The position numbers and the translations under genes are program-made. A DNA stretch of 64,000 nt from an uncultured Leptospirales bacterium (GTDB taxonomy: Bacteria; Spirochaetota; UBA4802; UBA5550), in NCBI GenBank assembly GCA_964491265.1, contig CAZBFP010000021.1, positions 406-64,405 of the forward strand, written 5' to 3'. This document shows positions 8,267-17,347 of the stretch, piece by piece. The notes under the pieces were generated by a model. That model worked only from the letters and a program-made list of their open reading frames with translations, was not told the DNA's origin and did not search any database. Position 1 is the stretch's first letter. Each line of letters begins with the position of its first letter.

Positions 8267-9220
8267 ATGGATGATCCAGCTCAAATAATATTTCCAAATC
8301 CTGAACGTAAAATCAACGTGCTTAAAAGATATCTGCATATACTTGCACTTCTGCAATTTACACCGGAAGGAAAAGATGCTGAACTATGGAATGCCAACAA
8401 ACTCGCTGAACTTTTATCATATGATGATACAGGTAAAACCCTGGACGACAGCCAGATAAGAAAATATATTCAGGTGAACATTATTAAAGAACTTGGCATT
8501 GAAGTTGATAAGACTAAAGGTAAACACTCAATGTCACTTGCAGAAGATATCGATCCAGAAACTCAACTCATGATAGCGAAAGTATATTCCGGCTTCGTTG
8601 TTAAAGATGCAACAAGAGATATAATACTTAAAAAGTTTATTAACTCAATGCCTGACAGGGCTCTCTGGACTTTAGCGAGGGTATATTTTGCAATAGTTGA
8701 AAAAAGAAGAATACAGTTTAATTATACTACCAATACAGGCTACAAAATTAATAGATGGGAACTCTGTCCTTATTATTTTATGCTAAGAAACAATAACCTT
8801 TATCTTGTGGTATGGGACCCGGTACAAGAAAAGCATATACCTTTACTTGCAGAAAGAATAAAGAAACTTAAAGTACTTACATATGATAAGAAAAAGGAAT
8901 GGAATATAATTCCTGTAGAAGAACTTTTCAAAGATTCTTTAAGCGCTTTTATCTCAGATAATCCGACAGCCAAAATGAAGATCCGATATAAAAAGAAAAT
9001 AGGTGTTCAAATTACTAATCTGATAAGCTTCTTCGAACCTGAAATTAAATCCCTTGATAACGGAGACTGGCTTGAGTCAACATTTAATATTACAGATTAT
9101 CTTTATCTATGCCAGCAGTTAGTTATTTACGGCAGTGATGTTGAAATATTATCCCCACCTCACGTAAGGAAAACCATGATTACAATGTTGAAAAGCAGTT
9201 TGAAGGCTTATGAGTCTTAG
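8267..9220 (+). CDS. WYL-domain transcriptional regulator (wHTH-WYL-WCX layout, BrxR/CapW-like)
   Basis: N-terminal HTH-like LKRYLHILALL...KLAELL...IRKYIQ..IIKELGIEV. WYL core IQFNYTT...RWELCPYYFMLRNNNLYLVVWD...LLAERIKKLKVL. C-terminal LVIYGSDVEILSPPHVRKTMITML. Confidence 0.72.
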   Translation: MDDPAQIIFPNPERKINVLKRYLHILALLQFTPEGKDAELWNANKLAELLSYDDTGKTLDDSQIRKYIQVNIIKELGIEVDKTKGKHSMSLAEDIDPETQLMIAKVYSGFVVKDATRDIILKKFINSMPDRALWTLARVYFAIVEKRRIQFNYTTNTGYKINRWELCPYYFMLRNNNLYLVVWDPVQEKHIPLLAERIKKLKVLTYDKKKEWNIIPVEELFKDSLSAFISDNPTAKMKIRYKKKIGVQITNLISFFEPEIKSLDNGDWLESTFNITDYLYLCQQLVIYGSDVEILSPPHVRKTMITMLKSSLKAYES

Positions 9221-9782
9221 TTTTTTAAAATCACTTTAAAAGCAAAACATTACAACCTTATATTGAAATGCCGGTCTGATGAAAGATTCTGGTTTTAAGC
9301 TTCTCCGGCGATTAAAACATGTTTTTCGTTTTGTCCGCTGAAATGTTTTTCAAATACATCGAGTCCTTTTACCAAATAAATCCCTCCATCAAAACGGACG
9401 GTATTCTTTTTTAAAATTGAATACAAAACAAGTAACTGTGTTGCTGTCGATGAGGCGGCATTTTGTTTTTCTGTCGTTTGCGAAGTACATGCCCCCGAAA
9501 ATCTTATCTCACTCCCCCCGTACCTGCCCTCTCTCCGTAAGGGCGCTCCCCCGTGGTATTTTTTTGACACATTTATACTACTTTAGAATTGAGAAAATAT
9601 AAATATGAACAGGAATTTACTAATCCCCCTCCGGGGGAAGCCGGAATAAGTTTATTCAGCACACCCGGTTAATCGGCTGGGGGCCGGGGAAATAAATGCG
9701 AGTAGAAGTTATACGAAGAAGGGCCAGAGATGAGGCCTTATATATCACCCCCCCTCCTTTTTCACCCGCTTCATCCCGAATC

Positions 9783-10646
9783 TTATATTATCTGCGTACC
9801 CACACCGCTGTCTGTAAAAATCTCCAGAAGAACCGCATGCTCCACCCTGCCGTCAATAATGTGGGCTTTCTTTACTCCACCCTTTACCGCCTCAACGCAG
9901 CAGTTCACCTTCGGTATCATCCCCCCTTTAATTTCACCCTTTTCAATCAATCCCGGTATATTCTCAGATGCGATTGTAGAAGCAAGCTCACCTTCAATCA
10001 TTACACCCTGTATGTCAGTGAGCAGAATAAGCTTTTCCGCTCCAAGCGCTTCCGCAATTTTACCTGCAGCAATATCTGCATTTATATTATATGTCTGCCC
10101 ATCCTTCCCTGCGCCTATGGGGGCTATAACAGGAATAAACCTGTCCTCTTCCAGAATTTTTATTATTTCCGGGTTAATCCGCTCAATCGCTCCAACCTGC
10201 CCTATATCGATGGAGAGGCCATGCTCATTGTGGTAGAGCTTCCGTGCGGTAATAAGCCCCGCATCCTTACCTGAGAGCCCCACAGCCTTACCGCCGGCAA
10301 TGTGTATATTGTTTACAATCTCTTTATTAACCTTTCCAACAAGAACCATCTCAACAATATCCATTGTTTCATCATCTGTAACCCTGAGGCCCTGGATAAA
10401 CTCCGATTTCTTCCCTATCTGTTCAAGGAGCTTTTCAATCTGGGGTCCGCCCCCATGTACAATTACCGGATTAATCCCCACAAGTTTAAGAAGTGATATA
10501 TCCCTGGCAAATGAGAGGCGCAGGTTTTCATCTGACATGGCATGCCCGCCGTATTTCACAACAACAGTTTTACCGCTGAACTCCCTTATGTAAGGAAGTG
10601 ATTCAATCAGTGTGCTTACTTTTTCTATCGAATTTTTTATTGTCAT
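9783..10646 (-). CDS. argB: Acetylglutamate kinase
   Basis: [45 protein letters not shown] and the full-length 287 aa are typical of ArgB. Confidence 0.93.
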   Translation of the reverse strand: MTIKNSIEKVSTLIESLPYIREFSGKTVVVKYGGHAMSDENLRLSFARDISLLKLVGINPVIVHGGGPQIEKLLEQIGKKSEFIQGLRVTDDETMDIVEMVLVGKVNKEIVNNIHIAGGKAVGLSGKDAGLITARKLYHNEHGLSIDIGQVGAIERINPEIIKILEEDRFIPVIAPIGAGKDGQTYNINADIAAGKIAEALGAEKLILLTDIQGVMIEGELASTIASENIPGLIEKGEIKGGMIPKVNCCVEAVKGGVKKAHIIDGRVEHAVLLEIFTDSGVGTQII

Positions 10647-10826
10647 AATAACCCCGTCCTCTGCAGCTTGTCAGAGCCGATAATAAGTGATACCCGCAAC
10701 TATACAGGAATATGCTCAGGAATTATTTGTAAAGTAAAAATATTGTTTACATGGCGCAGCTTTTATGTTAGGATTATAGCTGATGAAGATTAAATCATCA
10801 GACCGGCTATTATCCCGGCGCAGGGT

Positions 10827-10976
10827 AATGTCATTAAGTTAAGAGCTTCACAGTTTCGCAACTGCCCCCAAACCCCCCGGAGGGTGCTTAAAGGCTGCGA
10901 TAGTGAACTTTTCATTTGTTAAAAGAGTTTAAAAGTCCCCCTCCGGGGGATTTAGGGGGCTTAACTTAACGACATT
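10827..10976 (+). repeat. R1 MITE-like element, copy 1 (about 150 bp)
   Basis: Terminal inverted repeats AATGTCATTAAGTTAAG / CTTAACTTAACGACATT. Flanking 12-bp direct repeat GCGCAGGGTAAT (10818-10829 and 10980-10991). Colinear with the reverse complement of 43252-43473. Confidence 0.65.
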
Positions 10977-11012
10977 GCAGCGCAGGGTAATCGTGAATTT
11001 CATGGAGGTAAC

Positions 11013-12389
11013 ATGATCAGTTACAAGGGATATGAGGAGACAATAGAAAAAGTCTATTTCTACAAACAGGAACATGTTTTTGAATACTGGAGCGAGCTCT
11101 CCGATTCTGAAAAGGTGATACTTCTCAGGGAACTTTCCGAGATTGACTTTGACCTGCTGAAAAAACTATACAACTCCACTGAAGATCCACTGCCATCAGA
11201 ATTCAAACCGGCGCCCTATATAAGCAGACCGCAGAATGATGAAGAGAGAAAATCCTTTGCAGATGCTGAGAGAAAAGGGATAGAGCACATTAAAGCCGGT
11301 AAAGTTGCCGCATTTATTGTTGCAGGGGGCCAGGGATCACGCCTTGGATATGAAGGACCAAAGGGGAAATTCCCCGCAGGCCCTGTTTCCGGGAAAAGCC
11401 TTTTCCATTTTCACGGGGAAAAGATATATGCTGCCTCTAAAAAATATTCAACTGTAATTCCCTATCTTATTATGACATCAACTGACAATCATGATGAAAC
11501 AATAGCCTTCTTTGAAGAGGAGAATTATTTCGGCCTTAATAAAAGCGATGTTTATTTCTTTAAACAGAACATGATCCCCTCACTTGATGATAAGGGGAAC
11601 CTTGTTTTATCAGATAAAAACCGGCTTTTCCGCAATCCCGACGGACATGGCGGGAGCATAACAGCCCTGCAAAGCTCAGGGGTGCTTGAAATACTGAAAG
11701 ACCGCGGAATAGAAACACTTTCATACTTCCAGGTGGACAATCCCCTGGTAAAAGTTATAGACCCTCTATTCATAGGGTTTCACCTTATTCATGCAGCTGA
11801 CATGTCGAGCAAAGCTCTTATCAAGGCCTACCCTGAAGAAAAAATCGGAGTATTTGTAAAATTTCCCGGCAGCAAAACCGGAATTATAGAATATTCAGAT
11901 ATGCCTGAAGAAAAGCTCCACATGAAGGATAGCGGTGGGAATCTTTTATATGCTGCAGGGAGCCCGGCAATCCATATTTTCTCAAGAAATTTTATTGAAA
12001 AAATAACCAGTGCGGGGGAGACAAACCTGCCATACCATACTGCGCGAAAGGATATTAAGGTTCTCCAAAATGGTGCATATACAACTGTAAAAGGGTACAA
12101 GTTCGAAAAATTTGTCTTTGACGCTCTCCCCCTTGCCGGTAAAGATGTTATACTTGAAACAGAACGTGAAGAGGAATTCGCACCCATAAAAAACGCAGAA
12201 GGGATTGACTCCCCTGCTTCAGCAGCTGAACTTATGAGCAATCTCCACCGGTCATGGCTTACAGCAAAGGGTGTATCAATACCGGAAAAGGTAAAAATCA
12301 TTGAAATTTCACCCCTCCTCTCTTTTGATGGCTCAGACCTTCGGTCAGATCTTATTGTACCTGACCGGGAGAAGGTTTTCCTGAAATAA
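11013..12389 (+). CDS. UDP-sugar (UDP-N-acetylhexosamine/UDP-glucose) pyrophosphorylase, UDPGP type 1 family
   Basis: AGGQGSRLGYEGPKGKF nucleotide-binding loop, VDNPLVK, 458 aa. Confidence 0.85.
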   Translation: MISYKGYEETIEKVYFYKQEHVFEYWSELSDSEKVILLRELSEIDFDLLKKLYNSTEDPLPSEFKPAPYISRPQNDEERKSFADAERKGIEHIKAGKVAAFIVAGGQGSRLGYEGPKGKFPAGPVSGKSLFHFHGEKIYAASKKYSTVIPYLIMTSTDNHDETIAFFEEENYFGLNKSDVYFFKQNMIPSLDDKGNLVLSDKNRLFRNPDGHGGSITALQSSGVLEILKDRGIETLSYFQVDNPLVKVIDPLFIGFHLIHAADMSSKALIKAYPEEKIGVFVKFPGSKTGIIEYSDMPEEKLHMKDSGGNLLYAAGSPAIHIFSRNFIEKITSAGETNLPYHTARKDIKVLQNGAYTTVKGYKFEKFVFDALPLAGKDVILETEREEEFAPIKNAEGIDSPASAAELMSNLHRSWLTAKGVSIPEKVKIIEISPLLSFDGSDLRSDLIVPDREKVFLK

Positions 12390-12401
12390 GAGGAGCTTAA
12401 T

Positions 12402-12971
12402 ATGTCATACATCACCATCACCGGTATTGCCGTAGGCCTAGCCATGGATGCCTTTGCAGTTTCAATCTCCTACGGCTGCAGGGCCGGGGCAATGACACTG
12501 CGCAACACCATCACCATTGCGCTCTTCTTCGGGCTCTTCCAGGGATTTATGCCTGTAATCGGCTGGTTCGCAGGTTCCGCCTTTGCCTCGCTTATTAATA
12601 ATTACGATCACTGGGTTGCATTTGCAATTCTATCATATATCGGCATAAGGATGATACATGAGGGGCTTAAGCCAGATGACAGCAGCGTAAACAGCTGTAC
12701 CGATGAATTTAAACTCGGCTACAAAAGACTTTTTATACTCTCCATTGCCACAAGCATTGATGCACTGGCAGTGGGCTTAAGCCTGGCACTCATCGACTAC
12801 CCCATAGCAGGCCCTGCTGTGGTCATCGGTATTGTCACATTCATATTCAGCTATATAGGTGTAAAAATGGGGTGCAGATTAAATTCACTACTGGGACGAA
12901 AAGTGGAAGTATTCGGAGGGGTTATCCTTATACTTATAGGGATAAAAATTGTGATGGAGCACTGGGGTTAA
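12402..12971 (+). CDS. mntP: Manganese efflux pump MntP
   Basis: Duplicated DAFAVS / DALAVG motifs, 6-TM profile, 189 aa. Confidence 0.88.
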   Translation: MSYITITGIAVGLAMDAFAVSISYGCRAGAMTLRNTITIALFFGLFQGFMPVIGWFAGSAFASLINNYDHWVAFAILSYIGIRMIHEGLKPDDSSVNSCTDEFKLGYKRLFILSIATSIDALAVGLSLALIDYPIAGPAVVIGIVTFIFSYIGVKMGCRLNSLLGRKVEVFGGVILILIGIKIVMEHWG

Positions 12972-12973
12972 AA

Positions 12974-14617
12974 TCAGATCCTTTTTATTATATCGCTGAT
13001 GTATGGCATTAGCTGTTTTTTCCTTGAAAGCACATCTTTAAGTATAAAAATATTCTCCCGCAGTTTGGGGTATGCTATTTTTTTTACAAACTCATCCCTG
13101 CCGCAGACAAATAAATGACTGTTAAGCTCATTAAGATCTGTTACAAGAAGAGCGCTGAAAAGCATATTTTTACTTTCAAATTTATTCTGCAGGTATTCAA
13201 TAATCGCATCACTCCTTTCCATAATCTCTTCAGGGTGGTTAACCTCAACCTGGCTCACAGAAAATGAAAAATCACCTTCTGTATAGCTCTTCATATCCAT
13301 CCCTACAATTTCATGAACAGGCTTACGGCTGATCAGAGAGGAGGCATCTGTAATTTCAGTTGCCAGGTCATCAATGGCAATGTCAGTAATCTGGGAAAGG
13401 TAGTCTGCTGTTTCAATATCAATTTCAGTTGTAGTTGCAGAACGGAGAGCCAGGGTATCGGAAAGAATACCGGCAAGAAGTATTGAGGCAATCTTTTTTG
13501 TTACAGGCACAGTATAATCCCTGTAAAGGTTTGCAATAATTGTTGATGTTGATCCAACAGGCCTGTTTATAAAGGTTATGGGGTTTTCTGTTGCAGCATT
13601 CCCCAGCCTGTGGTGATCAATAATCTCCAGTATCCTTACTTTATCAGCGCCTTCAATAGCCTGGCTAAGCTCATTATGATCAACAAGGATAAGAGCCACA
13701 TTGGGGTCCTTCATTAAATCACTCTGGGTAAGAACACCGGTGACTCTGCCGCTTTCATCAACAACAGGGAGTGACCTGGACACGGAATCTGCAAAGCGTT
13801 CTCTTATATTCTTTATATAATCATCTGAATTCACCGGCTTTAATGTTGAATCACTTACATAGCTTACCGGAACAGAGTTAAGAGCAAGCCAGGAGGCACT
13901 CGATGTATGGAAGGGTGTATAAAGAACAGAAACCCCTGATGATTCAGCCAGATCCTTAACATCTCTGCTGACAACCTTTCCGGCAGAAACAATAAGTACC
14001 TTTACACCTTTTTTTATTGCATACTCATGGATATCGGACCTGTCCCCCACAATAACTATAGAGTTTTCTGCAGGCATAATATCAATAAACCCCCGGAGTG
14101 TTTCAACCTCAGATGCTGCAACAACTATCTGGGCCTTGAAAATTTTATTCTCATCATGCACCACAACAGGCTGGGCATTAAGGGTTTTTTTAAGATGATA
14201 AACAGATGTCGAAATAATACTGTTTTTATGGGGATCTATTTTTTTTAAAAGGTTTTCTGCAAAGGTATTGTAATGGAGTGTGGAGAGATATTTATTATCA
14301 TCATCAACAACCGGAAGCATCCTGAATTTTTTAGTATTGAGAATCTGCATCGCCTCCCACAGCGGCGTGTTATGCGATAAGGTGTCGGGCTCCTCATTCA
14401 TATGGTCCCTTACCCTGGGCACAAGGTCGCTTATAAACTCAGGTTCTTCAACACCGAACCTTTCAAGAATATAGGCTGTCTGAATATTCACCTTCCCTGC
14501 CCTTGCAGGGATATAATTATTAAAACCGAGAGCTTTTTTCAGCTCAGAGTATGCTATTGCTGAAACAATGGAATCTGTATCAGGATTTTTATGACCGATA
14601 ATATATATTTTTTTCAT
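12974..14617 (-). CDS. CBS-domain-containing family II (Mn-dependent) inorganic pyrophosphatase (DHH-CBS-DHHA2)
   Basis: GHKNPDTDS, LVDHNE, IIDHHRLG, an inserted CBS pair and a C-terminal DHHA2. Confidence 0.85.
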   Translation of the reverse strand: MKKIYIIGHKNPDTDSIVSAIAYSELKKALGFNNYIPARAGKVNIQTAYILERFGVEEPEFISDLVPRVRDHMNEEPDTLSHNTPLWEAMQILNTKKFRMLPVVDDDNKYLSTLHYNTFAENLLKKIDPHKNSIISTSVYHLKKTLNAQPVVVHDENKIFKAQIVVAASEVETLRGFIDIMPAENSIVIVGDRSDIHEYAIKKGVKVLIVSAGKVVSRDVKDLAESSGVSVLYTPFHTSSASWLALNSVPVSYVSDSTLKPVNSDDYIKNIRERFADSVSRSLPVVDESGRVTGVLTQSDLMKDPNVALILVDHNELSQAIEGADKVRILEIIDHHRLGNAATENPITFINRPVGSTSTIIANLYRDYTVPVTKKIASILLAGILSDTLALRSATTTEIDIETADYLSQITDIAIDDLATEITDASSLISRKPVHEIVGMDMKSYTEGDFSFSVSQVEVNHPEEIMERSDAIIEYLQNKFESKNMLFSALLVTDLNELNSHLFVCGRDEFVKKIAYPKLRENIFILKDVLSRKKQLMPYISDIIKRI

Positions 14618-14639
14618 AATGGGCCCCTGTTTAAAACCG

Positions 14640-15248
14640 CTATTTGATATTCTTTACTCCCCAGAGTAAGCGCTGCAATATTGTCAGGAGGATCAGCCCT
14701 GTGGTAATATTAAAAATAATAAAAAGATATTCATGAAACAAAATAAAAAGAGAATAAATAATTAAAGTCTCTGTTCCTGCAATAATCCCTGCAGGCATAA
14801 CAACAGCTGTTTTACTCTGAACCCCGGAATCAGCAGCATGACGTTTTTCCAGTACAGCAGAAAGGTACATCCATGATGCGGCATTTACATAAAAAGAACC
14901 GAGCATGCAGGAGAGCGCAACAAGGAGATGAGGTTCACCTTTCCCTGCAGCAAGTGCAATCGGTATCATTGCATATACGGCAAAATCTCCAACTATATCA
15001 ATATAGCCGCCAAGATCGCTTTCTTTTCCACCAGCCCTTGCAACTGCTCCGTCAAGGCCATCCAGAATTCTGTTGACAACCCATAGGAAAAAACCTTCTC
15101 TATAACTGCCGTAATAAAGAAAATATGCACATCCGGTCCCCGCAGCCAAAGCGGCAATGGTTATAAAAGAAGGATGAATCCATAGCAGCCTTAATGTAAA
15201 TGGCCTGAAAAGATCATCCTTAATTTTCCTCAAAAATTCATCAAACAA
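14640..15248 (-). CDS. CDP-alcohol phosphatidyltransferase family protein
   Basis: DGLDGAVAR...GGYIDIVGD matches D-x2-DG-x2-AR...G-x3-D-x3-D. It is a multi-TM protein. The listed start codon is TTG. Confidence 0.8.
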   Translation of the reverse strand: MFDEFLRKIKDDLFRPFTLRLLWIHPSFITIAALAAGTGCAYFLYYGSYREGFFLWVVNRILDGLDGAVARAGGKESDLGGYIDIVGDFAVYAMIPIALAAGKGEPHLLVALSCMLGSFYVNAASWMYLSAVLEKRHAADSGVQSKTAVVMPAGIIAGTETLIIYSLFILFHEYLFIIFNITTGLILLTILQRLLWGVKNIK

Positions 15249-15267
15249 GGGTCATCCCCCGATCCCG

Positions 15268-15429
15268 TTAAAGGCCCAGTACATACTTATTAATCAGAAA
15301 TTCTGTCTGCAGAGGTGAGAGGTCGAATCTTCTGCTCGCCTCCTCAATAAGCTGATTTTTACTCTGCCCGGGATCATCATTCAGCTGTTCAGAAATATAT
15401 TTTACTGCATTCTTCATCGACTCTTCCAT
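15268..15429 (-). CDS. Unlisted small ORF (53 aa, MEESMKNAVKYISEQLNDDPGQSKNQLIEEASRRFDLSPLQTEFLINKYVLGL)
   Basis: It falls below the ORF-track size cutoff. GGGAG lies about 8 nt upstream of the ATG. It fills the gap between the radical SAM and phosphatidyltransferase genes on the same strand. Confidence 0.35.
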   Translation of the reverse strand: MEESMKNAVKYISEQLNDDPGQSKNQLIEEASRRFDLSPLQTEFLINKYVLGL

Positions 15430-15460
15430 TACACAACTCCCTGGAATAATATTTATTTAT

Positions 15461-16345
15461 CTACAGAGCCCTCATATGCTCAGGTTTGAGTATACTCTCA
15501 TCTTTACTCTCCAGAACCTTGTCAAGGAGGTTAAGAACACTTCTCTGCTCCTCCGGCAGATTGGCTTTTATAGGCAGATAGTTTGAGGCATGATTAGATG
15601 TAAAATAACACTTCCTCTTTACCTGCATATTTTTTATAATTATACGCAGCTCCTCAAGGAGCCCGAATTTACCCGGTAGAACAAAACGCCCCTCCTTAAA
15701 TTCCCTGTAAAGCTCCGTGTTAGGGAGAATCATAACAGTAAGCGCTGATGCAAAATCGGGAGACATCTCACCTAAAAGCCTTCCTGTATCCCTGGCATGC
15801 TCATGTGAAAGCTCAGTCCCGCCTATACCCAGAAGCACTGTCTGGGAAAGCTTAATCCCCGACTCTATTACCTTTGCAGCAGACTCTTTCATCCTGTCAG
15901 GGAAAGCCCCCTTTTTAATTCTTCTCAGTACATCAACATTGCCGCTCTCAATCCCCTGGTATATTACGCCAAGGCCGGCATCCTTTAAGCTTTTCAGCTC
16001 TTCAGGGGTTTTACGCATAATCGCCTTTGCATTACCGTACATATTTATATTTTCAATCTTAGGGTTCTTCTTTTTAATATAATTCATAATTCTCAAAATA
16101 TCATCTGTAGGGAGAATCAGCACATCCCCATCTGCCAGAAAAGCCCTTTTAAAACCGTGCCTGTACCCTGACGCTTCATCAATATCTCTCCGCACGGTTT
16201 CCCAGTTTTTTATCCTGAATCTTTCATCAAGATCCTTGTAGGTTCCGCAGAATGTGCACATATTATGGGAACACCCCACAGTAACCTGAATAATCATACT
16301 ATAAGCCTCAGATGGCGGCCTTATTACATGTCCTACATAATCCAT
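15461..16345 (-). CDS. Radical SAM-like protein with variant CX4CX2C cluster motif
   Basis: VIRPPSEAYSMIIQVTVGCSHNMCTFCGTY. I re-translated the DNA and confirmed four residues between the first two Cys. Confidence 0.7.
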   Translation of the reverse strand: MDYVGHVIRPPSEAYSMIIQVTVGCSHNMCTFCGTYKDLDERFRIKNWETVRRDIDEASGYRHGFKRAFLADGDVLILPTDDILRIMNYIKKKNPKIENINMYGNAKAIMRKTPEELKSLKDAGLGVIYQGIESGNVDVLRRIKKGAFPDRMKESAAKVIESGIKLSQTVLLGIGGTELSHEHARDTGRLLGEMSPDFASALTVMILPNTELYREFKEGRFVLPGKFGLLEELRIIIKNMQVKRKCYFTSNHASNYLPIKANLPEEQRSVLNLLDKVLESKDESILKPEHMRAL

Positions 16346-16540
16346 ATCTATACCTCACTCCATACTTTCATTATTATAATAAATTATTGTAATAAAATTC
16401 AGGTATCTATCCCTGAAATTTTATCTGAAAAACTCCGGAGAAAAAATGTTACTCCCCGATTACAGCATTAAATTAATTATTAACAGAAGAGGCAAGAATA
16501 TTTTTTCTATTGGAAAGATAAAGAGAGGGAGGATTTCGGG

Positions 16541-17179
16541 TTAAATTTTCTCAATAAGATTATTTTTTATGGCATAATATGTTATTTCAGCATTATTTTT
16601 CAGGTTCATTTTTTCCAGAATTCTTGTTCTGTATGTGCTTATAGTCTTAACATTTAAAAAAAGTTCCTCAGCAATATCCGACACTGATTTCCCCCCCCCT
16701 ATTTTCAGAAATACCTCGTATTCCCTGTCAGTTAAATTTTCATGGGGATATTGATCGATAGTCATGTTTATGCTGGATGCAAGTTTCTCGGCAATGACAG
16801 GGCTTACATAAGTACCCCCTCTGGCTACTTTATATATTGCCTCAACCAGCTCCTGCGGCTCCACATCCTTATTCATATATCCGCAAGCTCCCGCCTTAAG
16901 CACCCTGATGGCAAACTGGTCCTCAGGATAATAACTTAAGGCCAGAATCGGGGTCTTATCCCCTGAAGCCCTTATCTGCTTGATAATTTCAATACCATTG
17001 CGCCCCGGCATTGATATATCTATTATGATCACATCATATTTATTTTTTTTCAACTCATGAATCAGCTTTTGTCCATCAGAGGCTTCGCCGCAGATTTTCA
17101 TATCATGAGCCCCTTCTATAAGCTGCTTTAATCCTGCACGTATTATAGTATGGTCATCAGCTATTATTATTTTAATCAT
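16541..17179 (-). CDS. Two-component response regulator, NarL/LuxR family (REC + HTH)
   Basis: MIKIIIADDH...DVIIIDISMPG...LSYY receiver and C-terminal LTDREYEVF...KTISTYRTRILEKM LuxR HTH. The start was moved to ATG 17179. Confidence 0.9.
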   Translation of the reverse strand: MIKIIIADDHTIIRAGLKQLIEGAHDMKICGEASDGQKLIHELKKNKYDVIIIDISMPGRNGIEIIKQIRASGDKTPILALSYYPEDQFAIRVLKAGACGYMNKDVEPQELVEAIYKVARGGTYVSPVIAEKLASSINMTIDQYPHENLTDREYEVFLKIGGGKSVSDIAEELFLNVKTISTYRTRILEKMNLKNNAEITYYAIKNNLIEKI

Positions 17180-17347
17180 CCGAAGCCCTCTTCCAGATAC
17201 CATTCCGGTGATAATTCTTTTCCAGCAGTAAGGAAATAAATTTATAAAACTAACTGTAATTCATATCGGGAATTAGTCAATTTCTTTACTCATCAGGTGA
17301 GAAGGCGTATCCCCTGTACAGGAGATACGCCAATGGAGGTAATAAAA

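Noticed and set aside
9295-9570. 91-aa minus-strand ORF (MSKKYHGGAPLRREGRYGGSEIRF...)
   Set aside because: It has a low-complexity N-terminal half encoded by oligo-G/C tracts, no RBS and no recognisable domain. It is treated as non-coding or pseudogene debris.
9696-10274. 192-aa and 168-aa plus-strand ORFs overlapping argB
   Set aside because: They are antisense to a clear, full-length argB, have Pro/Ser/Cys-rich nonsense composition, and extend from the non-coding gap.
12972-12973. mntP and the Mn-dependent CBS-pyrophosphatase gene converge with only 2 nt between their stop codons; possible functional coupling
   Set aside because: Convergent genes cannot be co-transcribed. Adjacency of two Mn-related genes is suggestive but not evidence of a system.
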